A DNA stretch of 64,000 nucleotides from Gemmatimonadota bacterium. GTDB lineage: Bacteria > Gemmatimonadota > Gemmatimonadetes > Palauibacterales > Palauibacteraceae. Position 1 is the first letter of the stretch. Every line of letters starts with the position of its first letter. The notes under the pieces were generated by a model, which did not search any database, was not told the origin of the DNA, and saw only the letters and a list, made by a program, of their open reading frames with translations. The stretch covers positions 8,440 through 72,439 of the forward strand of contig JBDGXC010000007.1 of the NCBI GenBank assembly GCA_039584815.1, given 5' to 3'. The position numbers and the translations under genes are program-made. Shown piece by piece: positions 49,510 through 58,686 of this stretch.

Positions 49510-52500
49510 TCAGCCTCCAGCGTCTGCCAGGCGCGCCGCCGTGCGAGATGCCTGCGGAGAGTCGGCGCCTAGGTGCGCCACGACCTCGTCGTGACCGTCG
49601 CGCAGAAGCCGCATACCCTCGCCCCGTCGTCCCTGTGCCATGATCGCTGCCCCGAGAAGGCTGGAGGCATCCCCCACGCGCCAGTGCGGCTCCGCGAGTT
49701 CCGCGTAACTCTCCAGCGCCTGGCGCAGCTCGCGCTCGGCCCCCGCCGCATCGTCCGAGGCGAGAAGCGCCTCACCGAGCGGGTGCAGGGCCCGGCCCAC
49801 CGCCGGATGGGGTTCCTCGAACAGTTCGCGGCGTGCCGAGAGCACGGCCTCGAGGTCCGCGACCGCCTCCGAAGATCGTCCCTGCCGAAGCAACAATTGC
49901 GCTCGATCGACGCGCACCGCCTGCATGTACCGATGCCCGGGACGCAGTATTCCCTCCGCGAGGCCCAGGGCCTCCTCGAACAGGTGATCCGCTTCCTCGT
50001 CGTCGCCGCGCGCCACGGCCACGTTGGCCAGCCCATCGAGCGCCATGATCGCGTACACGCTGGTGCGGCCGGCGCCTCGCAGCGCCTCCTCGTACAGAGC
50101 CTCCGCTTCCTCGAGCCGTCCCGCGAGCCAGCGCGGATCGGCGGCTCGCATGAGAGCCATGATGAAGTTGGGGTTCTCCGGTCCGAGTCGCATGCGCTTC
50201 ACCGTGACCGAGCTGTCGGCTGCGGCCGCCGCTTCGGCATAGCGTCCCTGGTGAAACAGGACCGTCCCCAGCCGCTCCCGGACGGTGAGGGTCGTGGAAT
50301 GATCGGGGCCCAGCGCCTCGTTGGCTCGCTGCAGCGCGTCTGCCAGAACGGCCTGCGCCTCGCGGTAGCGACCGGTCTCCCTTAGCGCTACGCCCCACTC
50401 GCTCATCGCCTCGATCACGTCCGGATGTGTCCTGTCGTACAGGGCCGCGCGCATCGCCACCGCCGATCCGGCCAGCCGCTCCGCCTCGTAGACTCGTCCG
50501 CGGAGCCGTCGGATCATCGCGATGTTCACGAGGGCCTCGGCGGCCAGCGGATGGGGGCGCGCGCGGGTCGTGTCGAAGCGTGCCAGCGCCCGGCCGAAAA
50601 CGGCTTCCGCCTCGTCGAACTCCCCCATGTCGTGGTGCGACGTGGCCAGGCCGAACAGTGTAGAAGCGGCGTCGGGATGATCGTCGCCCAGGAGCTCCCG
50701 CTGAATCCCCAGTGCCTCTTCGAACAGGGCCGCCGCTTCCTGGTGGCGGCCCACGGCCCGGAGCTGCCACGCCAGATCCGATTCGGTTCGCGCAAGGAGA
50801 GAATCAGGCCCGGACACGGCACCCCGTCGGACATCGAGCGCGTGCTCCAGGTACTCGATGGCTTCTTCCCGCTCCCCCTGCTCGGCCAGCAGCCGACCGA
50901 CCTGTCCGTAGCTCTCCGAGACCTCCAGACTCTCGGAATCGAGGTGCTCCAACCTGAGCTCGAGAGCCCGCCGGGCGAGCTCCTCCGCCCGCGCGAGAAG
51001 TCCGATGTTGGCGTACACGCCCGCCACGTCCGAGAGCATCGCGGCCTGCATCTCCGGCTGGTCGCCGAATTCCCCTTCGATCCGCTCGGTGCCCCTGTCC
51101 AGGATCTCGCGCGCCGTGACCGTATCGCCCAGGGTTTCGGTCGGATCCGAGAGCCGGAACAGCTCGAACATCAGGTCGCGCTGCTCGGCCGCCAGCTCCG
51201 CCTGGCGGGTCGCGCGGTGAGCCTGTGTGACGGCCGCCACCGAGCCACCGATGAGGGACACGAACACCACGACCGCGGCGCCCACCCAGACGCGGTTCCG
51301 GGACACGTACTTTCGCATCCGGTAGCCGGCGGAGTCGGCTCGCGCTTCGACCGGTCGGCCCTCCAGGTGCCGCTCGAGGTCCTCGACGAGACGCGCCGGC
51401 GAGCCGTACCTGCGCTCCGGCTCCTTGCGGAGGGCCGTGAGCAGGATGCGGTCGAGGTCTCCACGGAGCCGGCGTCGGAGCCTCTGCCGTTCCTCACGAC
51501 TGGCGATGCTTTGCGCGTCAATCTCGAGGGCGAGATACAGGCCGGCCTCTCCCGCCGGCGTCGAGGCCGGGTCCCCGTCATGCGCCGTTCCTGCCGGGTC
51601 GGCAGGCCCGTCGGGGGGGATGAGCGGCGACAACAGCTCGGCGACCGAGCTGGGCGTTGGAGGCGCCGCCTGCAGGATCACTCGCGCCCACTCGGCGGGG
51701 GACCGTCCGGCGATCTGCAGGGGGCGGCGGCCGGTAAGGAGCTCGAACAACACGACACCGAGCCCGTACACGTCCGTCGCCGTCGTGATGTGACCACCCA
51801 GCACCTGTTCGGGGGCCGCGTACTCCGGGGTCATCAGGTGCAGGCCCGTCCGGGTCTTCGGAGCCTCGCCTCCCACCACCGACGGATCCAGGATCTTGGC
51901 GATGCCGAAGTCGAGCAGCTTCACCTCCCCGTCTCGCGTCACGAGGATGTTGGACGGCTTGAGATCCCGGTGCACCACGAGGCTGCGGTGCGCCTCATGC
52001 ACCGCGCGGGCCGCCGTGCAGAACAGTCGAACCCGCTCGGAGACGTCCAGCCGATGCACCCGGCAATACTCATCGATCGGCAGGCCCGGCACGTATTCCA
52101 TCACGAGGTACGGATGGCCGTCCGGGGTCACGCCGCCGTCATACAGGCGGGCGATGTTGGGGTGATCGAGGCTGGCCAGGATCTGTCGCTCGGCCTCGAA
52201 GCGAGCCCTCAGGTCCGCCGACAGCCCCCCGCCGATGACCTTGATCGCCACCTGTCGGAAGAAGTGCCCGTCGTCGCGCTCCGCCAGGAACACCACGCCC
52301 ATCCCACCGCGTCCGAGCTCTCGCACGACACGGTAGATGCCGATACGGAGCGGAGCGGATGCGATCGAGGCATCTTCGAGGGAGGGAGGGAGGCCGAGGG
52401 CGTCGAGCGGCCCCGGACTGTCGAGAATCCCTGCCGGGTGCTCGTGGGCCGCGAGCAGGGACTCCAGCTCACGCCGCAGGTCCGGGTCCTCCCGCTCCGC

Positions 52501-52590
52501 CCGGGCCAGGATCTCTTCCCGTGCCTCCGGGGGGGAGTCGAGGACCTGATCGAACAGCTGGTCGATCAGGCGGCGCCGGTCGCCGCTCAC
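49510..52590 (-). CDS. Membrane-spanning Ser/Thr protein kinase with a large C-terminal TPR domain.
   Basis: GRGGMGVVF...AIK, HRDLKPSNIL, DFG and APE kinase motifs. A TM helix around WVGAAVVVFVSLIGGSVAAV. More than 500 aa of TPR-like repeats follow. Confidence 0.9.
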   Translation of the reverse strand: MSGDRRRLIDQLFDQVLDSPPEAREEILARAEREDPDLRRELESLLAAHEHPAGILDSPGPLDALGLPPSLEDASIASAPLRIGIYRVVRELGRGGMGVVFLAERDDGHFFRQVAIKVIGGGLSADLRARFEAERQILASLDHPNIARLYDGGVTPDGHPYLVMEYVPGLPIDEYCRVHRLDVSERVRLFCTAARAVHEAHRSLVVHRDLKPSNILVTRDGEVKLLDFGIAKILDPSVVGGEAPKTRTGLHLMTPEYAAPEQVLGGHITTATDVYGLGVVLFELLTGRRPLQIAGRSPAEWARVILQAAPPTPSSVAELLSPLIPPDGPADPAGTAHDGDPASTPAGEAGLYLALEIDAQSIASREERQRLRRRLRGDLDRILLTALRKEPERRYGSPARLVEDLERHLEGRPVEARADSAGYRMRKYVSRNRVWVGAAVVVFVSLIGGSVAAVTQAHRATRQAELAAEQRDLMFELFRLSDPTETLGDTVTAREILDRGTERIEGEFGDQPEMQAAMLSDVAGVYANIGLLARAEELARRALELRLEHLDSESLEVSESYGQVGRLLAEQGEREEAIEYLEHALDVRRGAVSGPDSLLARTESDLAWQLRAVGRHQEAAALFEEALGIQRELLGDDHPDAASTLFGLATSHHDMGEFDEAEAVFGRALARFDTTRARPHPLAAEALVNIAMIRRLRGRVYEAERLAGSAVAMRAALYDRTHPDVIEAMSEWGVALRETGRYREAQAVLADALQRANEALGPDHSTTLTVRERLGTVLFHQGRYAEAAAAADSSVTVKRMRLGPENPNFIMALMRAADPRWLAGRLEEAEALYEEALRGAGRTSVYAIMALDGLANVAVARGDDEEADHLFEEALGLAEGILRPGHRYMQAVRVDRAQLLLRQGRSSEAVADLEAVLSARRELFEEPHPAVGRALHPLGEALLASDDAAGAERELRQALESYAELAEPHWRVGDASSLLGAAIMAQGRRGEGMRLLRDGHDEVVAHLGADSPQASRTAARLADAGG

Positions 52591-52603
52591 CTGTGCCTCC
52601 GGA

Positions 52604-53197
52604 TCACGCGCCTTCCAGTCCGGGGCCTCCGGCAGTCGGGTACAGCGACCGATACAGCCACGCCCGGGCCTTGACCCACTCCCGGCGGACCGTGCGCGTG
52701 GAGACGTCGAGAACGTCGGCGATCTCCGACTCTTCCATTCCGGCGAAGAACCGGAACTCCACCACCTGTCTTTGCCGGGGGTCCAGCTGCTCCAGCGCCT
52801 CGTCGAGCGCGATCATCTCGTCGGGCTGGAATTCGACCGGCGCCCCCGCGTCGGTCAGGGTGGTGCGGACCACGTCGCCTCCCCGCTTGAGCGCTTTGCG
52901 CCGCCGGGCGTGATCCACGAGCACCTGCCGCATGGCACGGGCGGCGATCGCCAGGAAGTGGGACCGGTCCGAGGCGGGCATCCCGCTCCCCGCCAGCTTG
53001 AGGTAAGCTTCGTGGACGAGCGCGGTGGCGTGAAGCGTGTGGCCGGGGACTTCCCGGTACAGCTCGCGCTGCGCCAGGTCCCGCAGCTCCCCGTACACCA
53101 GGGGGACCAGACGATCGAGGGCGTCCGCGTCTCCATCCCGTACCGCCTGGAGAAGCTGCGTGACCTCGCCCGCACGGTTGGCTTCCTGTGCGTCCAT
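52604..53197 (-). CDS. ECF (sigma-70 family) sigma factor, co-transcribed with the downstream Ser/Thr kinase.
   Basis: Region 2-like LVPLVYGELRDLAQRELYRE and a region 4 helix-turn-helix EIADVLDVSTRTVRREWVKARAWL. Its stop is 13 nt upstream of the kinase start. Confidence 0.85.
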   Translation of the reverse strand: MDAQEANRAGEVTQLLQAVRDGDADALDRLVPLVYGELRDLAQRELYREVPGHTLHATALVHEAYLKLAGSGMPASDRSHFLAIAARAMRQVLVDHARRRKALKRGGDVVRTTLTDAGAPVEFQPDEMIALDEALEQLDPRQRQVVEFRFFAGMEESEIADVLDVSTRTVRREWVKARAWLYRSLYPTAGGPGLEGA

Positions 53198-53393
53198 CTC
53201 GTTCGCCTGTCACGGTTTGGCGACCGCAGCCCCGAGGATCGCGTGCGCGCCGCTCTGATCCCAGGATGGTGGGTGCAGCACGGGGTGACAAGTAGGCCCC
53301 GAGGCTACATCTTACGGCCGCCATCCCGCGACCACGGGTCGGGAGGGGAGGAGTTCGGTGCCGGTCGTCCTGCATAGAGTCCCGGAGGCAGTG

Positions 53394-55586
53394 ATGTTCC
53401 AGTTTCACAGAACCAGGGAGCGCGTCGTACGGCTCGCCCTCTCTTCGATCCTCGCTCTTCCCGCCCTCATCGTGGGGCCCGCGCCCGCGTCGGGACAGCC
53501 CGGCGTGAATCTCGACACGATCCGGGCGGGTCGCTTCGACTACGGCAAGATGTGGACGTTCGAGTACCCGCCGACCGAGTACTTCAGCGACACATACGGC
53601 TTCGATGCGAGCCCGGAATGGTTCGAGCGGGCCCGCCTGTCGGTGCTGCGCATTCCGGGCTGCTCGGCCTCGTTCGTGTCTCCGCACGGGCTGGTGGCCA
53701 CCAACCACCACTGCGTACGCGGCGCCGTGGCGCAGGTGAGCGGAGCGGGCGAGGACCTTCTGTCGGACGGCTTCGTCGCCCGCTCGCTTTCCGGGGAGCG
53801 CGCGATCCCGGACTTCTACGCGGATCACCTGATCGAGGTGCGCGACATCACGGATGACGTGTACTCCGTTGCGGATGCCGCCCCGGACGAGACGCGCGAG
53901 CGGGTGATCGCCGAGATTCAGGAGCGCCTGAAGAGGGAACACGCGACGCACGGGGATTCGATCTGGGTCGAAGTCATCGGCCTGTACAACGGAGGACGCT
54001 ACTCGGCGTACGTGTTTCGCCGTTTCACCGATGTTCGCCTGGTGGTGGCGGCCGAGCTCCAGCTCGGGTTCTTCGGGGGTGATCCCGACAACTTCACGTA
54101 CCCACGCTACGATCTCGACTTCGCCTTCCTGCGCGTGTACGAGAACGGCCAACCGTATCGGCCGGAGCACTACTTCGGGTGGGGCGAGGGCGTGGAGCCC
54201 GGAGATCCGGTCTTCGTCATCGGCAACCCCGGACAGACCAACCGTCTCAAGACGGTAGCCCAGCTCGAATACCAGCGGGACGTGTCGGTCCCGGCGGCCG
54301 TGCACCTGCTGGAGACTCGTCTCGAGGTACTGGCGGACTACCGTCGGGCGTTCCCGGAAGCGGCACGGGAACTGGGGATTCGCACCAGCATGTTCCCTCT
54401 CTCGAACTCACTCAAGGCGTACACGGGGCGCCTCGAGGCCCTCAACGATCCGGTGATCATGGCCCGCAAGGCGGACGCGGAGAGAAAGCTGCGTGAGAAC
54501 ATCGCGTCGAACCCGACGCTCGGCGGGGAGTATGGGGATCTATTCGACCGGCTGGCCGCGATCCAGGCCGACAAGCAGCAGCTCGCGGCATACTCGGCGG
54601 CTTTCCGCAGCATGGGTGACACGCGCGCCGGCTCGCTGACCATGGCCCGCGCCATGGCGGCCGTCGCCGTGCTGGACGCCCGGGTGCGCGGCGCATCGGA
54701 GGAGGAGCTGGCCGCGCTGTTGGAAGAGCTCAGCGGCATCGCGGATCGGCCGCTAGAGCTCGAGGTCGGCTTCCTGGCGCACCGACTCGCCGACTTCGAG
54801 CGTTATCTGGGTGTGGATCACCCGCTCACGGTCGCGACGCTCGGCGGGCTCGACCCGGAGGCGGCGGCGAGAGCGATTCTGGAGAGCAGTGTCCTGTACG
54901 ATCGGGAGTCGACGCTCGAAGCGGTCGAGACCGGAACGCTCGGGATCGACGATCCGATGGTGGCCCTGATGGCCGAGTTGCTCCCGTACACGGGCCCGTA
55001 CGAGCAGGTCATCGGCGCCCTGCAAGGGGAAGAGAATACCCTGCAGGCCGCTCTCGGCCGCGCTCGCTTCGCCGCATACGGCGGGTCGGTTCCCCCCGAC
55101 GGCTCGTTCTCGCCGCGCATCGCGGACGGGGTCGTCCGGGGCTACCCGTACAACGGCACGCTGGCGCCGCCGTACACGACGTTCTACGGTCTGTACGATC
55201 GCTACGTGGCGCACGGGCGCGGGCAGGGGCTCGGCGAGGAGTGGGACCTGCCGGAGCGCTGGAAGATGCCGCCCGCAGGCCTCGATCTGAGCACGCCGCT
55301 GAACTTCGTGTCGACAGCGGACTCGTACGGAGGCAACAGCGGTTCGCCGGCCGTCACTCCGGAGCTCGAGCTGGTCGGCCTCAACTTCGATCGCAACATC
55401 GACGGCCTGTCGCGCGACTTCATCTATCTGCCCGAGCGGGGCCGCAACGTGATGGTGGATGTACGAGCGATCCGTGCCACGCTGGACGTCGTGTACGACG
55501 CGGACCGGATCGTGGCCGAGATCGTGGCGGGAATGCTGTACGAAACCGAAGAAGCCGCCGACGCCGTGGCCGCTTCCGGACGCTGA
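53394..55586 (+). CDS. S46-family dipeptidyl-peptidase (DPP7/DPP11-like), secreted.
   Basis: Signal peptide. Catalytic His in GLVATNHHCV and catalytic Ser in GGNSGSPAV. About 730 aa. ATG at 53394 after the RBS ggagg. Confidence 0.85.
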   Translation: MFQFHRTRERVVRLALSSILALPALIVGPAPASGQPGVNLDTIRAGRFDYGKMWTFEYPPTEYFSDTYGFDASPEWFERARLSVLRIPGCSASFVSPHGLVATNHHCVRGAVAQVSGAGEDLLSDGFVARSLSGERAIPDFYADHLIEVRDITDDVYSVADAAPDETRERVIAEIQERLKREHATHGDSIWVEVIGLYNGGRYSAYVFRRFTDVRLVVAAELQLGFFGGDPDNFTYPRYDLDFAFLRVYENGQPYRPEHYFGWGEGVEPGDPVFVIGNPGQTNRLKTVAQLEYQRDVSVPAAVHLLETRLEVLADYRRAFPEAARELGIRTSMFPLSNSLKAYTGRLEALNDPVIMARKADAERKLRENIASNPTLGGEYGDLFDRLAAIQADKQQLAAYSAAFRSMGDTRAGSLTMARAMAAVAVLDARVRGASEEELAALLEELSGIADRPLELEVGFLAHRLADFERYLGVDHPLTVATLGGLDPEAAARAILESSVLYDRESTLEAVETGTLGIDDPMVALMAELLPYTGPYEQVIGALQGEENTLQAALGRARFAAYGGSVPPDGSFSPRIADGVVRGYPYNGTLAPPYTTFYGLYDRYVAHGRGQGLGEEWDLPERWKMPPAGLDLSTPLNFVSTADSYGGNSGSPAVTPELELVGLNFDRNIDGLSRDFIYLPERGRNVMVDVRAIRATLDVVYDADRIVAEIVAGMLYETEEAADAVAASGR

Positions 55587-55673
55587 CGGGATCCCGCGTC
55601 GGCGGGCTGGACGCGGAAGCGACGCAGCGAGGCTGGTGCCGCCGGCCTCGCGCTCAACCAGGAGAGGAATCAC

Positions 55674-56273
55674 ATGAACCGAATCAAGCTGGGAACTCTC
55701 GTGCTGGCTGCGAGCCTCGTGATCGCCACGCCGACCTTCGCGCAGCGCGCACCGCGCAGTCGGGCGGCGGTCGGAATCTCCGCCGGTGCGACCACGAGCG
55801 ATATCGAGGGTGGGTTCATCAACACGAGCTCGCGCTGGGGCTTCCTCGGGGGCGTGTGGGGTGCGTTCCGGGCGAGCCGCAACAGCACGGTCGGCATCGA
55901 GGTCAGCTACGTTCAGAAAGGCGGCAAGGACCTCGCCCGCCTGGACTACATCGACATCCCGCTCCTCGTCGGGGCGGTCATCCCGACGGACAACGACCGG
56001 CTGAATTTCAATTTCTACACCGGGATCGGGCTCGGCATCAAGGTGAGCTGCGGCGAGGACGAGGGAAACACTTTCAGCGATCCGTGCGGCCGGGCCAAGG
56101 GCACCGAGTGGACATGGCCGCTCGGGCTCGCATTCCTCGTTCGGTCTGAGAACGGCAAGTTCTTCGGCCTGGACGGTCGGTATTCCATCGGGATCTCGGA
56201 CGCATTCGACGGGGCCACCGCGCGCAACCGGTCGTGGCAGTTCAAGGCCCTGTTCGGCATTCCTGCGGGATGA
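55674..56273 (+). CDS. Small outer-membrane beta-barrel protein (OmpA-like / porin family, 8-strand type).
   Basis: Signal peptide MNRIKLGTLVLAASLVIATPTFAQ. Alternating strands and a C-terminal aromatic-rich end (WQFKALFGIPAG). Confidence 0.6.
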   Translation: MNRIKLGTLVLAASLVIATPTFAQRAPRSRAAVGISAGATTSDIEGGFINTSSRWGFLGGVWGAFRASRNSTVGIEVSYVQKGGKDLARLDYIDIPLLVGAVIPTDNDRLNFNFYTGIGLGIKVSCGEDEGNTFSDPCGRAKGTEWTWPLGLAFLVRSENGKFFGLDGRYSIGISDAFDGATARNRSWQFKALFGIPAG

Positions 56274-56389
56274 TCCCCACTCGAGCTTGAACCCGGGTGA
56301 AAACCGGACCCGGCGAAGACGCAACGGCGGAGGGCGGCCACGTGGCCGCCCTCCCCGCATCGAATCCCCACCGTCATGCGCTGCCGGGA

Positions 56390-58528
56390 CTAACGGAGCG
56401 CCGCCAGCGCCTGCTCCGCAGCATTCAGCATCGCCTCCGGTCCGACGGGCGAGCCCGTCGCCTCCTTCATCCACAGGTCGGGCGCTACCTCACCCGTGAG
56501 GGTCATGCGCTCGAATTCCGGCCCCACGGTCCCGGCTCTCTCGACCTGCTGCTCCACCTGAACGGCGATCATGTGGCCGATCGGATAGTCGGGCAGATAG
56601 AGCTGAGAGTGGATCATGTGTGAATAGACCGCGAGCAGGGTAAGGTCTTCCACCCCGATGAGGGGCGCGTAGTACTCGTTCCACACATCGCGCGCGATGT
56701 CCAGCGTCGCTTGCTTGAGCTCGGCGGCTGTGGCGTCGGGGTGCTCGTACATCCAGTGCCACACACGCATGTCCACCAGGGCGACGGCGGCGATCTCGGA
56801 CGCCCCCCAGTAGTCGTCGAGCGCGCTCAGAGCAGTCTGCTCGGGATCCGACGACGCCAGGCCCAGAAGCTCCAGGTCCCGAGCCTGGAACACGAACGCC
56901 ATCGCCTCGGTGAACGCGGTGTTCGGAACGCCGGACAGCGTGAAGTGATCGATGCCGTACAGAGAGATCGTCTGCTCCACGTTATGCCCCAGCTCGTGCA
57001 CGGCGATGTTGTACCCTTTGTAGTCCATTCCATCGGGGCCGACGCGCGTGCGAAGCCGCGACACGGTGCCCCGCATGCCGGCGCCCCAGGCATGACCCGA
57101 GCCGCGTGCGGGCTCCACGACGATACGGCTCGAGATGGCCGACGCGTCGTCGAGGCTCCAGCCCAGGTCCACGAGCATGCGCGTCATGTCCCGTTCAAAG
57201 GCTGCGGGCCCCGGATACCGCGTTGCCACGATCCGATCCAGTTGCTCCTGCGGATGCTCCCCGCGCGGCTGGAATCCGTTGTACCAGATGTCGAACGGTT
57301 CCAGATCCCGGCCCAGCCTGCGCTCGATCAGGCGTGCCGTCTGCATCAGCAGCGGAGAGGAGAGAAGCTGCTCGAACATCTCCTCCACCCGCACCTCGGG
57401 AATCTCCCGATCCTCGTCGAACCGGCGCGCGATGTGGGTCGGTGCGGTAGGCGAGTACGGGTCCGCAAGACGGGCGGCGTGGTATGAGCTCAGCAGAACC
57501 GCGTACCGGGTGTCGGGTTCCGGATCGGCCGAGATCACCATGTCCACCGGCGGGTCCTCGATCGAATCCACAGACTCTGCCGCACGGACTTCGTTGGCGA
57601 ACGGATCCCAGTCGACGTGCGGGTTGTTCACGACGACCGCCGGAATTGACTGGTCCACGATCCGCTCCATCACCTTCTGGATCGTGCGTTGCTTCGCCAG
57701 GCCTTCCTCGCCGCCCCCGTAGCTGGCCTTGATCTCGTCCCGCAGGTTCCAATGCGACAGGAGTCGCATGCCCTGGGGGAACAGTCGCTGCCCGGAGCCG
57801 TCCACCAGGTGATGCATCCAGATGTTGTATTCGGCGATGTACTGATCGGCAGCGGAGAACACGCGCGCCTGCTCGAGCCTGACGTCGGCCGGAATACGCC
57901 GCGAGAAGCGCTGGGCCAGACGAACCTCCGCCCACTGGCGGCGGGTCCACGACTCTCCCTCCGTCAGGCGTTGCTCCAGCGTCGTGAGCGGGAAGTTGAG
58001 CAATACGACGAATGCGAGCCCGTTGGCGAAGAAGTCCTCACTGACGTGCGCGCCGGGATCGTATCCGGCGAACGCCTCGTCGAACGGGTGGATCGGGCCC
58101 AGGTCCAGATCCGATTGTCGCCTGAACTCGAGGCTGATCTCCAGCAGGTGCCCGTCCAGCTGCTCCAGCAGTCCTTGGAAGCGGACGAACATCGCGTCCA
58201 GGGTCTCGGACTCGCCGGCGAAGTTGGCGCGCACGAAGTCCTCGAACTCTCCACGCGAACCGTCCGTGTCGCGCCAGAAGTCGGCCACCTGTCCGACCCC
58301 GCGCCGGGCCCGCTCACGCTGGTCCTCTCCGTACCGAGCGACGAGCTCCTCTTCCAGTGCCGCCGTCGCCTGGTCCAGCCACGCCACCGCTTCGGATCGA
58401 GTCGGAACCGCCTCCGACGCAGCGTCGGAACCGTCGCAGGTGGCGCAGACGGCCGTCAGACAGATCAACGCGAGGGGCGTGATGCGCGGGTGCGACTTTT
58501 GGGATCCTTCCGGTGTATGCATCGTCAT
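56390..58528 (-). CDS. Putative zinc metallopeptidase (HExxH) lipoprotein of unassigned family.
   Basis: Signal and lipobox-like region ITPLALICLTAVCATC. HELGHNVEQ zinc motif at about residue 500. 712 aa. Confidence 0.55.
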   Translation of the reverse strand: MTMHTPEGSQKSHPRITPLALICLTAVCATCDGSDAASEAVPTRSEAVAWLDQATAALEEELVARYGEDQRERARRGVGQVADFWRDTDGSRGEFEDFVRANFAGESETLDAMFVRFQGLLEQLDGHLLEISLEFRRQSDLDLGPIHPFDEAFAGYDPGAHVSEDFFANGLAFVVLLNFPLTTLEQRLTEGESWTRRQWAEVRLAQRFSRRIPADVRLEQARVFSAADQYIAEYNIWMHHLVDGSGQRLFPQGMRLLSHWNLRDEIKASYGGGEEGLAKQRTIQKVMERIVDQSIPAVVVNNPHVDWDPFANEVRAAESVDSIEDPPVDMVISADPEPDTRYAVLLSSYHAARLADPYSPTAPTHIARRFDEDREIPEVRVEEMFEQLLSSPLLMQTARLIERRLGRDLEPFDIWYNGFQPRGEHPQEQLDRIVATRYPGPAAFERDMTRMLVDLGWSLDDASAISSRIVVEPARGSGHAWGAGMRGTVSRLRTRVGPDGMDYKGYNIAVHELGHNVEQTISLYGIDHFTLSGVPNTAFTEAMAFVFQARDLELLGLASSDPEQTALSALDDYWGASEIAAVALVDMRVWHWMYEHPDATAAELKQATLDIARDVWNEYYAPLIGVEDLTLLAVYSHMIHSQLYLPDYPIGHMIAVQVEQQVERAGTVGPEFERMTLTGEVAPDLWMKEATGSPVGPEAMLNAAEQALAALR

Positions 58529-58686
58529 CTCCCGGAGTGTATGTGCCGGATGAAACCACGTGGGCCGTGGCAGTCCCGCACCGCTGGCTGGACTCCCGCG
58601 AGTCTATACGATAGGTCCGGAAGGGCAGGCGGGCCAAGCGGTCAGGCTCGGCGTCCGCGACTCGACGCCTCGCGCCGGAGGAGCCG

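Noticed and set aside
50425-52674. A 749-aa plus-strand ORF antisense to the Ser/Thr kinase.
   Set aside because: The kinase frame carries the HRDLKPSN, DFG and APE motifs. The antisense frame has none.
54753-56474. A 573-aa minus-strand ORF overlapping the S46 peptidase and the outer-membrane barrel gene.
   Set aside because: Antisense to two genes with clear catalytic and signal-peptide features.
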